Assembly: GCA_963710755.1 (NCBI GenBank)
Contig: CAVQBK010000002.1
Location: 1-64,000 of the forward strand
Source: an uncultured bacterium
Lineage (GTDB): Bacteria; Oederibacteriota; JAAXVQ01; JAUVAV01
Direction: 5' to 3'
DNA: 64,000 nucleotides
The position numbers and the translations under genes are program-made. This document shows, in pieces, positions 15,270 to 26,300 of the stretch. Under the pieces are notes generated by a model that saw nothing but the letters and a program-made list of their open reading frames with translations, searched no databases and was not told the origin of the DNA. Numbering within the stretch: the first letter of the stretch is position 1; each line of letters opens with the position of its first letter.

Positions 15270-17051
15270 TTATTTCAACCGTTCTTTCATCCTTGCCATC
15301 TGATCTTTCATGCGCTGCGGCAGGCGGTCGCCAAACTGGGTCATGAACTCCTCAATATCCGGCAATTCCTTAGCCCATTCTTCCTTGTTGATGCCAAGCA
15401 TAGCCTGTACATCGTCCGCAGTCATCTCCAGACCGTTCAAATCAAGAGCCTCATCGGTGGGCCGGTAACCAATGGGCGTTTCCTCGGCCTGGCCTTGGCC
15501 TTCCACACGCTCACACATCCACTTGAGCACCCGGCTGTTTTCCCCAAACCCGGGCCAGAGCCATTTGCCATCCGCGGTTTTCCGGAACCAGTTGACATAA
15601 AATATTTTGGGTGCCTTGTCGCCCAGCTTATCGCCCATTTCAAACCAATGGGCAAAATAATCACCCATATTGTAGCCGCAAAAAGGCAGCATGGCAAAAG
15701 GATCACGGCGCAATTTCTTTTTTACATCCAGGGCCGCGGCCGTGGGCTCGGAGGCTGCGGTGGCACCCAGATAGACACCATGATCCCAATCGAGCGCTTC
15801 CGTCACCAACGGCACCACCGTGGTGCGGCGGCCGCCGAAAATGAAGATGTCAATAGGCACGCCATTGGGATTTTCCCAGTCAGGACTGATCACAGGACAT
15901 TGCCCTGCCGGAGCGGTAAAGCGGGCATTGGGATGAGCGCCTTTTTCACCTGACTCAGGTTTCCACTCCCGGCCTTTCCAGTCAATACCATGGTCGCAAT
16001 CCTTGCCCATATCTTCCCACCAAACATCGCTGTCGTCCGTGAGCAGGCAGTTGGTAAAAATGGTATTTTCCTTAATGGTATCCATGGCCACGGGATTGGT
16101 GTTATAGCTGGTGCCTGGTGCCACACCAAAGAACCCGGCTTCAGGATTGATGGCATAGAGCCGTCCATCCGAACCGACTTTCATCCAGGCAATGTCATCA
16201 CCTATACATTCCGCTTTCCAGCCGGGTATGGTGGGCTGGATCATGGCCATGTTGGTCTTGCCGCAGGCACTGGGAAAAGCCGCGGCAATGTGAAAACGGC
16301 GGCCTGCGGGATTGATCAGGCGCAGGATCAGCATATGTTCGGCCATCCAGCCTTCGCGTTCGGCCATCTTGGAGGCAATGCGCAAAGCCAGGCACTTCTT
16401 GCCCAGAAGCGCGTTGCCGCCGTAACCGGAGCCAAAGGACCAGATGGTGTTTTCTTCCGGAAAATGGGAAATGTATTTTTTTTCAATGGGCGCACAAGGC
16501 CACACCCCCTGGTCGTCTTCGCCTTCAGTTAAAGGCTTGCCCACCGAATGCAGGCAGGGAATGAACTCACCCTGATCGCCCAGCACGTCGAGCACCTTGT
16601 CCCCCACGCGGGTCATGATGTGCATGTTGACCACGACGTAGGCACTGTCCGTGATTTCCACGCCAATTTTGGCAATGGGCGAACCCACGGGCCCCATGGA
16701 AAAAGGGATCACGTACATGGTACGGCCCTGCATGCAGCCCTGGTAAAGCTTTTTCATGGTTCCCTTTAATTCTTGAGGTGCCATCCAATGGTTGGTGGGA
16801 CCGGCATCGTCTTCTTTCGCGGTGGAGATAAAGGTGCGGTCTTCCACCCGGGCCACGTCGGAAGGATCGGAGCGAAACAAATAACTGTTGGGCCTTTTTT
16901 CCAAAGGCGTGGCCAAGCCTTCCTTCATTAAGAGAGTCATCATGGCTTGGTATTCTTCAGCCGAACCGTTACACCACACGACTTCTTTTGGTGTGACCAT
17001 GGCTTTGATTTCTTCCACCCAATCCAATAGTTTTTTATTTTTGGTCATCAT
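15270..17051 (-). CDS. pckG: Phosphoenolpyruvate carboxykinase (GTP)
   Basis: [52 protein letters not shown]; GAGGAGG RBS before 17051. Confidence 0.96.
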   Translation of the reverse strand: MMTKNKKLLDWVEEIKAMVTPKEVVWCNGSAEEYQAMMTLLMKEGLATPLEKRPNSYLFRSDPSDVARVEDRTFISTAKEDDAGPTNHWMAPQELKGTMKKLYQGCMQGRTMYVIPFSMGPVGSPIAKIGVEITDSAYVVVNMHIMTRVGDKVLDVLGDQGEFIPCLHSVGKPLTEGEDDQGVWPCAPIEKKYISHFPEENTIWSFGSGYGGNALLGKKCLALRIASKMAEREGWMAEHMLILRLINPAGRRFHIAAAFPSACGKTNMAMIQPTIPGWKAECIGDDIAWMKVGSDGRLYAINPEAGFFGVAPGTSYNTNPVAMDTIKENTIFTNCLLTDDSDVWWEDMGKDCDHGIDWKGREWKPESGEKGAHPNARFTAPAGQCPVISPDWENPNGVPIDIFIFGGRRTTVVPLVTEALDWDHGVYLGATAASEPTAAALDVKKKLRRDPFAMLPFCGYNMGDYFAHWFEMGDKLGDKAPKIFYVNWFRKTADGKWLWPGFGENSRVLKWMCERVEGQGQAEETPIGYRPTDEALDLNGLEMTADDVQAMLGINKEEWAKELPDIEEFMTQFGDRLPQRMKDQMARMKERLK

Positions 17052-17152
17052 ATCCTCCTCGATAAATATTAACTGCGCGAGCACAACGCCGGACTTGGCT
17101 TCCGAACCTCAAGTTCCTAGCTCGCTCTTGTTGCAGACCCGGTGTTTTTTTA

Positions 17153-17262
17153 TTCCCCCCAAGTGTGGTGGGAAAGGCCAAGGGCGGGGGCTTAATATCC
17201 TTGATCAATCCCTCACCCTACCCTCACCCCAGAGGAGAGGACTATTTTATTAAGATCGAAAA
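17153..17262. repeat. REP-like intergenic element (CCCTCACCC...GGAGAGG type), copy 1
   Basis: 17231-17262 is 31/32 identical to 40328-40359; GC-rich palindromic arms. Confidence 0.6.
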
Positions 17263-17283
17263 GATTTCTTTTCCCTACAAAAA

Positions 17284-17766
17284 CTAGTTAAGCGCCGGAT
17301 CGTTTTTTATCTTGTCGTCCATGGCTTCTACTTTTTTAGTCTGCTCTTCCCGGAAGGCTTTTAATTTAGCCATCTGAGCCTCATCCGCTACGGCCAGGAT
17401 TTGCAAGGCCAGCAGGGCAGCGTTTTTGGCGCCGGCTTTTCCAATGGCCACGGTGGCCACCGGTACACCGCCGGGCATCTGCACCATAGAGAGCAGGGAG
17501 TCGAGTCCACCCAGATCGGACGTGGTCATGGGCACGCCGATGACCGGCAACGGGGTCATGGAGGCCACCACGCCTGCCAGGTGAGCGGCTTTACCGGCTG
17601 CGGCGATGATCACCTTGAGGCCCCGTTCCTCTGCAGTAAGCGCAAAGTCACGAACCCGTTCCGGGGCCCGGTGGGCTGAGATGATCCGCACTTCATGGGC
17701 CAGACTGAATTGCTTGAGCATTTTAACGGCTTCGTCCATTATGGCCATATCCGATTCACTGCCCAT
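17284..17766 (-). CDS. purE: N5-CAIR mutase PurE (true start probably slightly upstream)
   Basis: MGSESD, SAHRAP, AGKAAHLAG, GGLDSLLSMVQMPGGVPVATV. Confidence 0.95.
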   Translation of the reverse strand: MGSESDMAIMDEAVKMLKQFSLAHEVRIISAHRAPERVRDFALTAEERGLKVIIAAAGKAAHLAGVVASMTPLPVIGVPMTTSDLGGLDSLLSMVQMPGGVPVATVAIGKAGAKNAALLALQILAVADEAQMAKLKAFREEQTKKVEAMDDKIKNDPALN

Positions 17767-17858
17767 GACAATGGCGACCAGAGGCTTTTCCTGCCAGCCT
17801 GCATTGGGTACACTCCTCGTTCAATCGGCAATTAAAGTTCCGGAATTGCGGGTGCAGC

Positions 17859-19154
17859 TTATTTCTTAAGACTTTTAATGGCGTCATGCAAGTTGGCAAA
17901 CAGCTGGTCCAGCTTGTCGATGGGCACTGCAGAAAAAGCCAGGCGGATCAGCCCCGACAAAACGATGACTCCGGTCTGGAAATCGGCCAGCAGCGTTTTC
18001 TGACCGCCTCGGCCTCGACCCCCAAGTGGCCGGACACACATGAAATAACCGGAATTAAAAGGCATGGGTTCAAAGGACTGCCTATATTCAGGATGAGCGC
18101 TAAGCAGCTCCTTGATCTTCAAATAGCGGTTTTTAAGCACCATGGTCTTGGCTTCTTTTTGCTCATTGTAGCGCTCGTCGTGGTAGGCTTTCAGCAACAA
18201 CTCCTGGCTCAGGCGGGAACTGTTGGAGATGTTGGCCCGCACCACACCGGCAGCCTTGGCCTCCAGGGCCTTGTACTGTTCTGGTGTGGCGTTCTTGATG
18301 CCAAAAGTAATGAAGCCCACGCGAAAGCCCCAGGCATAGTCTTCCTTGGTGGGGCCGTCCAGTTTGACAGCCAGAATGTTTTCATGCGCATCCGACAGGG
18401 GACCGAACAGGGATTCGCGGTAAATCCCTTCTTCATAGACCAAACCGAAATAAGCGTCATCAAGCAAGACCACGATGTTCTTGCCCTGTCCGGCTGCTTT
18501 GACAAGGATGTGTACAATGGCCTGTGCTTCCTTTTCCGTTATTGTATAGCCCGTGGGATTGTTGGGAAAATTGAGAAGCACAATTTTCTTGTCTCCCGGT
18601 TGGGCCAACTTTTCCTCCAAGCCGTTTATATTGAAGCCATTGTCTTGGAAGGTGGTATAAATATTGTTGGTGGCTCCGAAGCCTTCTCCGAAAATCAGAT
18701 CATAATTGTCCCAGTTCATATCAGGCATGATGATCGATTCCTGCTCATCAATAAACAAATAAGCTGCCACGCTCAGGGCATGAGTAAGCGCATTGGTGAC
18801 CACTGGTTCGCTGAAGGCTTTGCGCGCCAGGGAAGGATTTTTCTCCTCCAATTTGGCCTTCCAGGCCAAACGCAATGCCGGCAGTCCAAAGCTGGGAGCA
18901 TAAAGAAAAGCCGTGGAGGGCACTTCCACCATGTCTTCCAAACATTCCAGAGCCAAGGGGCTGCCGTCTTCTTCAAAAGCCGTACCGATAGTGGCATTAA
19001 TGGCCGCATTCTTGGCTTCCGCGGTTTGGCCCAAAATGCCCTGGGAAGGGAAATAGATGGACCGGCCTTTTTTGGAAAGTAGTGGCATGACCGCATTGCC
19101 GGGCGCGCTGATTTTTTCATTTAAAGCCTGTGCCAGCGGTGAAATGGCTTCCAT
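17859..19154 (-). CDS. Class I/II PLP-dependent aminotransferase
   Basis: INATIG, NFPNNPTG, DDAYFG, DGPTKEDYAWGFRVG, PFNSGYF. Confidence 0.9.
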   Translation of the reverse strand: MEAISPLAQALNEKISAPGNAVMPLLSKKGRSIYFPSQGILGQTAEAKNAAINATIGTAFEEDGSPLALECLEDMVEVPSTAFLYAPSFGLPALRLAWKAKLEEKNPSLARKAFSEPVVTNALTHALSVAAYLFIDEQESIIMPDMNWDNYDLIFGEGFGATNNIYTTFQDNGFNINGLEEKLAQPGDKKIVLLNFPNNPTGYTITEKEAQAIVHILVKAAGQGKNIVVLLDDAYFGLVYEEGIYRESLFGPLSDAHENILAVKLDGPTKEDYAWGFRVGFITFGIKNATPEQYKALEAKAAGVVRANISNSSRLSQELLLKAYHDERYNEQKEAKTMVLKNRYLKIKELLSAHPEYRQSFEPMPFNSGYFMCVRPLGGRGRGGQKTLLADFQTGVIVLSGLIRLAFSAVPIDKLDQLFANLHDAIKSLKK

Positions 19155-19185
19155 GGTTACCCCCCCAATCTGTAGTTCGGATTAT

Positions 19186-19223
19186 AAAAAGACCGCATTA
19201 CCGTGGTGTGTTGGAATGCGGTC
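19186..19223 (-). terminator. Intrinsic terminator within the aminotransferase 5' leader (attenuator)
   Basis: GACCGCATT...AATGCGGTC stem plus TTTTT, about 30 nt before the ATG and downstream of a promoter. Confidence 0.7.
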
Positions 19224-19293
19224 GTCCTTGGCCTGTGGGTACAGGATTCATCACGATGATAGTTTGGTTAGCAGGTGTTGTTAAGATATTAGG

Positions 19294-19322
19294 AAGATAA
19301 GCATTTTTCCCTTATTTGTCAA
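19294..19322 (-). promoter_or_regulatory. Sigma70 promoter of the aminotransferase leader
   Basis: TTGACA-17 nt-TATCTT with TG extension. Confidence 0.7.
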
Positions 19323-19543
19323 GCCTGTTTTCCCTTAACTCGTCAGTCCTAACCCTGACAGGACGGATGAGTTACAACGCATTTAAACATAAATAAAACA
19401 AACTATGGTCAAATATAGTCAACTTTCTATTTTCACCTGCTGCTTCACCACAAACTGTCTAAGCATCATGCGTAAAGACTTACTCATGAGGAAAAACTTC
19501 CCCGCTCAACGTTTACCCTTTTAAACCGGTCCGTTCCTCAGAC

Positions 19544-20176
19544 TCAAGCCTGCTTTTGCGCCACCAGCAGAAACACAGGGTAAGTTTTGGATTGCCCTTC
19601 CGGGCTGGTGCGTTCGATCTCATGAACCCGTTCGCTCAACAATACCGTCATACCCAATTTTTCCATGCTGGTTTTCAGATCGCGGGGATCCAGTCCATGA
19701 TGAACCTTGCCGGCTTCCGGACCGTGAAAATGACCGTCCTCCGGTTCGAGATCGCTGATAGCTAGATAGCCGCCGGGATTGAGCCATGAGTGCAGGCGCG
19801 CCAACGTACCCGCGATGTCCTCAATATGATGAAACACCATGGTGCTCACAATAAGATCAACTGGTCTGACCGCCGGGGTGGCGCCCGGTGGATCCAGATA
19901 CAAGGTGGTCACATTGTCCATATGCTCCGTATTCAGATTGGATTGCAGCACCTCCAGCATACCCCGTGAGGTGTCCATGGCGGTGACGGCCTGGACTTGG
20001 TCTGCCAGCTGCAGGGTCATCAATCCTGAACCACAGCCAAAATCAATCATGGTCATGGCGGGCTTAATGGTTACCACTCTTTGAATGGACATGACCACAG
20101 CCCTGGCCATTTTGATCCGGTTGGGGTTTTGGTCCCAAGTCCGGGCACGCTGATCAAAATAAGATGGATCGGTCAT
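19544..20176 (-). CDS. Class I SAM-dependent methyltransferase
   Basis: FDQRARTWD, IDFGCGSG, MVFHHIED, EDGHFH..VHHG; AGGAGG RBS before 20176. Confidence 0.9.
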   Translation of the reverse strand: MTDPSYFDQRARTWDQNPNRIKMARAVVMSIQRVVTIKPAMTMIDFGCGSGLMTLQLADQVQAVTAMDTSRGMLEVLQSNLNTEHMDNVTTLYLDPPGATPAVRPVDLIVSTMVFHHIEDIAGTLARLHSWLNPGGYLAISDLEPEDGHFHGPEAGKVHHGLDPRDLKTSMEKLGMTVLLSERVHEIERTSPEGQSKTYPVFLLVAQKQA

Positions 20177-20336
20177 AGTGATTAAACCTCCTGATGCTGG
20201 TGTTGGTTGGATCGGAAGCATTTTTTGGCCGGGGAAGCATCCCCGACTTTGACTAAATCTTTAACACTACTTTCCCTCGTCTATCCTCGCCCAGGCATGA
20301 ACTTTGTTTATCTTAGTCCCACAAGGCCGTCAGCTA

Positions 20337-23300
20337 TCATGCCGAAGAAGATAAAGCGCGCAACCACATGCGACGTTCCTGCTTGGGCTGCAGGATGATT
20401 ACCCCTTCCAGATGATTCAATTTTCTGAGAATAACCTTTTGTACAGCGCTGCTCTTGGGTAAGGGCAGCTTAAACCGCTCGCCTTCAAACACAAGCACCA
20501 CGGTTGCATGCCCTGCTAACCTTAATTGGCTGAGCATCAACAGCCACAGCTTTATTTCTTTGGCTGAGCTATTTTTATTAATAGATTTCATCACAACTTG
20601 ATAACTCCGAGCCAGCAAATGCTGCTCTTTTCCAGGTGGAATATAACCTGCAGTAAAGACACCATCGCGCACCTGTTTGGCCATGTTCTGCAGCTGGTCT
20701 TGTCCACCAAGATGACTGAGGATAAGTTTCTGCCAATAGGTACTCAGACGAACCAACCCCAGGCGTCCGGCGGCCAGCCAAAGCCGGGTTTGGGCTGGAG
20801 AGGTGAACCGCTGGCGGTAGCTAAGGCCAATGCTGGCGATAATTACCCATTGCGCCAGCCACGCTTTCAGATGACCGGACAGTCCTTGGGGCTGTTCGGT
20901 CCAGCGCAGCACCTGACGAGGGAGGCAAATGGTGACGGAGAATTGATGGAGATATTGGCCGCGCAACAAATTAAGCAAATAACCCAATAAATGGGTATGT
21001 TCTTCCACCAGCAACCGGTAGTGTTGTGAGACCGTACTGCTGCCTTCGTTGCGTTCCCCCAGCGATGCGGCAAATACAGGGTCCTTCATAAAATAATGTT
21101 TTTTCATGAGTTTATTAAGCCAAACGTGGGTGCGCGGAGCTATCGAACCGATTGCAGTCATGGCAGGATCTTTTTCCAAATCTAAGGACAGGTCGATGAT
21201 GGTTAGATCCGGATGGTGGTTGATCCAGGCATGGATCCCATAGGATAGGGGCATCACCACCCCCAGCGGGGCCAAATGCGCGATGGTGATAAGTATAAAT
21301 ATCTTCCAGGCAGCGCTGCGATGACCTGGCGGTGTGCCTTTGTTGTAGTGACTGCCTGTAAACAGTGTCAGCCAGCCGGCCAGACTCACAGCTTTGGCCC
21401 AGGTGAAGACAGACGGATCCATCCAGGCGCGGGCAAGCGTTGAAATATTACCGGTCTCTCCTGCCATCAGCCAAGTACCGATCGCCAAGGCAGCCGTGAT
21501 CATCAGCCAAATATAATTATTTTCCAAACTCCAGGAATGCTGTTGATACTTTTCCCAAGCCTGAGCTCTTTCTGCCGGATTATTCCAATTCGTTTTTTTA
21601 ACGTTCGGGCTGAACAACGATAACATCATACGCCCCCATGCCGCCAGGTGGAAATGCAGGGCAAACCAGAAGTACGAGGCACCTACGGGTTTATTTGAGG
21701 GCAAGATAAGGTTTTCCAACAGTAACGTATTTTGGAGCACATAAGGATCCCTGTCATTGGGCTGGATAGGCTGTCGGGGATCATCCAGCAGAAATAACCC
21801 TTTGCCTCCGGAGCGATCCGTTCTATCCAGAAAAGGCAGCCATAAGGTGTCGACAGAATCAACATGATTAATTTTTAAATTCTTTATAACGGTGGTTTTA
21901 AGTTGAAGTGGCGACTCCAGATGGCCATGGCGGGTTAATAAAATAATAATTTCATTATCCCCTCTTTCAAAAGCAGCCGTCTGCTTTTTCGCGGTTAAAT
22001 CGATAATACGATAAGAGATTTTTTGAATGTCCAATTGCATGCATAAAAGTTCCAACAGCGACTTTTCGATCGGTTTGGACATACCGTATTTGATATGGTG
22101 CGCAAAGGCAGGTATAATAATGTCCCCTCGGCGTAAATGCATATCCTGCCACAGTGATTCGTGAGGGATATAAGCAGTGCCCAGAAATATCGTTCCATTT
22201 CGCAGCCACCGTTTTTTCAATTGCCAGCCCAGGGTTTTAGCCTGTGACGGCTGCTGTATCCGGGACAATCCCTTCCGTTCAAATCTGTTTTTTAATGCCA
22301 CGGTTTTCAGTTCTCCATTTTGGTCGGGAAAATACGCTGAAACGGGCAGGGAAGAATTGGCTACAATCACTTCTTCCAGGCCGGAGGAGAGAGTTGAGGT
22401 AAAGATCGCATGGTGAAAATGATTAAATAAAATCGCCAGTTTGACATCGTATTGAGAAAATAAAAAGCGCAAGTGGTTAAGATCACTACTATCTTTAATA
22501 TTGGTGACCACCAGACTCCAACCGCCATTGTTTTTTTGATGGCCATAAAAATGCATGCCTCTGGGATCTTTAAAATGCCGGGCGGTGCTGAAATCAAAAT
22601 CCTTCTGGATGGCTTTGGCCTCTTCCAGTGTGCCCATATGCCATGTGACCTTCCAGGGCGTACCCTTGGCGCTTTGCCCTTTTAAAAAAGGAGGGCTTAA
22701 CTCATTTAGGGCCGCCCGGCTATACTTGGTTTGCTCGCTCGCCCGTGGCACGCCGGCGACTTCGACATTCACTCGGGCATTATATTTTTCCAACATCCTG
22801 GCCACATCCTGAAATTGTCCATTGCCCAAGTGCGCCTCTGTCTGTAACCCTTCGCCTTGTTCCCATAACCAAGGATTGGCCAGTAGTTGGCGCAACCCTT
22901 TTTGCACGAAAAAGCCTGGATTGATGTAAGGAAAGGCTTCAACCAGTTGGTTATATATATAGCCAGGTGTTTGGGTATCTATGGGTTGACCCAAGGCAGT
23001 CTGACATATGCGGACTTCCTCTTCGATTTCAGGATGAAGGGTGTTCAACTCCCTTTTGGCATACTTGGGCAAGTTGTCGAGCTGCTCATATTTTTGTAAA
23101 GCACCCTCGTAATTCTTTAAATAAAGGCAAGCCCGTGCCGCCCACAACAGCCCTAGGGCGTTGAACCGGTCCAAAGCCAGCAGCCGTTGGGCCAGGTTCT
23201 GAACATCCGACCATTTGCCCACTTTGGCCTTACATTCCATAAGATCGAGCAGGGTTTCCTTGTCACGTGGATGAGCCTTTAGATTGTACGTCAAATAAAG

Positions 23301-26300
23301 AATTGCAAGAATATAGTGCTCCTGCTGCTGATAAATTCCGGCCAATAGTCTGCGCGCTTCAAAAGAGGTTGGATCGGCAACCAACAATTCATCTTCTAAA
23401 AAGTCCGTCAACTCGTCGATCTTGCCGTGATAAACATTGCCTCGTCGAAGGGCCCAGCCTTTGTTATCCTTTGCTGATTGGTCATCATTTGTTTTGATCC
23501 TATAATATATGTTATATAGTTTGCTTAGTACGGAAGAGCGTTTCACAAGGCCTTTTTGCAACAAGAAGGCCTTCCCCAAGGCCACCGCCTGGCGATGACC
23601 TTCCGCCGTATCGGTCATCATCAGGATATGCATTTTGGCAGCTACCGGCGCTCCTTCCAAGGGGTGGTCGCGGATGATATGGTCAAGAAAGGTCAGGTAC
23701 CTGTCGGTAAACCCTTCTTCATCCACTGACAATTCCTCATAGCGATTCCAAAACCAGGCATCATCGGGCCTTTTTTCCAGATAATGTTCTGCCAGCTCAA
23801 TAAATAGAGCACTATACTTCCGCTTAACCGTGTTATCTTGCGACGTCTGGATTACGCTGAAATAATTCCTGCCTAGTTGTTGCAACAGTGACGGATTGCC
23901 GGGAAATAACTCCAGCGCCTTTTTCAAAATAACAATGCTTTCCTCAATACCCGACATTTTGGCGATAATTAAATAATCACCAACAAAAGCAGCCTGTGTA
24001 AGCAATTCCTCACAAAATAATTTGAACGCTTTATCTCGACCCACATAGTTGCAAATTGAACCAAGCCGTGCCAGGGCAGACGCTCTTAACCGAAGGGTCA
24101 AACTTTTCTTATAGCAGTCAATGGCTTGATCAATATTGTTGGCAAGGCCTGCGTCATACCCCAAGGAATAATAATCGCCCAATTTCAATAGCGCAAAATC
24201 ATCATTAGGATTTCGCCGGAGGCGTTTGGCGTAGTAATGATGCATAAACTCAGGTTTTTTATTAAATTCGGGCTCATAATCAGACCACGTTTCATACGCA
24301 TCCATTATTCCCGTCGGAAGATACCAAAACACTTGAATCAAAGAATGTTTGGAATCCTTCGCATTTATTTTCCATGTTTCAGAAAAAGCATCTTTCTTCT
24401 TCACCTGGATCTCATCTTTGGTAAAGGGCTCACTTTGATAATTGCTCCAGGTCACATCCATGGTCACCATTTTCCCGCTGGGCAAGGTTAAGAGGTTGGC
24501 AGCATGGCCAATATCTTGCGGCCCAAAATCCTGTTCCGCTTTCTCCACACTCGTCATGGCTGCCTTGAGCCCCAGGCGTCCGGCCAGCACGGTAAAAGCC
24601 GAGGCATAGCCTACGCAGTTGGCCCGGCTATCGCCAAGCATATAACTCAACTTAAAATTGCCTTTACTATATTCCGGATAATGTTCCCGTATAATTCGGC
24701 CCAATGCCCGGCCCGCCCGTAAGTGCAGCTGGTCCAGCTTGACCTTATCCCCATGACATGTATGCTCTAGCGTTTTGAGGCGATGACGCGCCCTGCGGGT
24801 CCAGGATAATTTGCGTTCCTTAGTCCCGGAAGTATCGGCCTGTTCATGCCTTAGAAAAGGATCTGTCCAGCTTGCAGCATCCTCGATGAAAGCTTGTATC
24901 TGTTGGTGCAACAAAATTTCGCCAAGCAAATGCTGGCTACTGCGGGTAAGACCTTCAATGATTTCTGTGCTAAAGGTTTTTAAATCAGAACGTTTTAATG
25001 TTGCGTTTGTCTTGTCCCAACCGTTGCCCAAAGTAATTCCACCCAACTGTTGGGACAGCTTCTGCAAATCAGCCTGCAGCCTGGCTGTACCCCTCCAATC
25101 CAACGGCATTTGTATCCATTGAGGTGCTTTGCGATAGAAGCGGTTTAAAAGGTCCTGAAAAACACGGCCGGCCGGCGTCTGCGGTAACTTTATTTTGTAT
25201 TCATTCATCAACCATGCCATCAATGGCATCAAATCAGCTAAAGAAAAGCTTCGCGTGATCGAAATGACGCTCACTTTTCCTTCATCATTTTTTTTAATTT
25301 CAAACGGACCCTTTGATGATTCCAAGGAGTCTTTGATCGTTAATTTTATGTCTCCAAACAAAGCCAGACGATAGGCAAGCTCGTCCAACGCATATTCATC
25401 CCTTTGCTGCAATGGGGTCTGGAGCATTTCATCCATAAAATACTTGTCCGGTCTTTGCTTGACCATTGGCCTACCCAGCCAATTTGCGGTCATCCTGCTT
25501 ATTTTAGTTTCCCATGGCAGCCACCTTTTAAACAAGGGATAGGCGGATTGGGAGAGAATAGCCGAAAGAGCCGGTTTGTTTTTAAAGCTTTCCCCGACTT
25601 TCCGGCCAGCAGCAATCGGCCGGCCTTTGTAGGTGACGGACGCCGTTTGATCTTTTGTTGCATGATCTTGTTGATCAACGTCAGATGATGCTTGTTCCCG
25701 CCCTTCCGCTTTGACTTCAACTTGCGTCAATTGCAGCATTATCTCCTGGTGGGGTAAACAGGCCAAAGGAATGCCAAAAACACTTTGCCAGTGCGTTCGC
25801 TCCAGCTCACGACGAACATCGGCAATGGTCGCGCGATCGTCAATCTTGTCCAACAAAGGACTTAAGTCGGCCGCAGCCCGAGCCCCGGCGGCTTGCTGGT
25901 CGAAACCAGGTGCGAACCATTTATACATATCGGAGCTGATGGCGACTTCAGCACCAGGGCTTGAAGAAGCAATTTGAGCCAATAATTTTATAAATTTTAC
26001 GTAACGCTTGAATTTGTCCGGTTTTTGCAACTCCAGTTTGGCAAGATTGTCCGTCAGGAAAGCAAGGTGGTTTGTTAAATCCAACTTGTCCTGTAAAACA
26101 CGGCAGAGCTGATCTTTTTCCGAACCAAATATCTGAGGAACTCGGATATCCCATAGTATTTTTTTCTCATCAGGGGTCAAAGGCAAGGACTTGGGGTTGA
26201 TCCCAAGATCAGCCAAGGCTAAAATGCGAAAGTGGGCAAAATCCTCTTCGATTTGCGTAATATGTTTTTTGAAGGCCAACATGTTCCGAAGTTGTTGCAG

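Noticed and set aside
17767-17818. purE RBS and ATG are out of frame with the conserved KPLVAIVMGS N-terminus
   Set aside because: Probably a single-base indel error; no slippery site or structure supporting programmed frameshifting
17994-18024. Odd GGRGRGGQ stretch in the aminotransferase; the alternative frame reads VEAEAVRK
   Set aside because: Explained by a compensating +G/-A pair in homopolymer runs; most likely assembly error rather than recoding, and a warning that other frameshifts in the window may be artefacts
17886-19082. 398-aa plus-strand ORF
   Set aside because: Antisense shadow of the aminotransferase; no motifs
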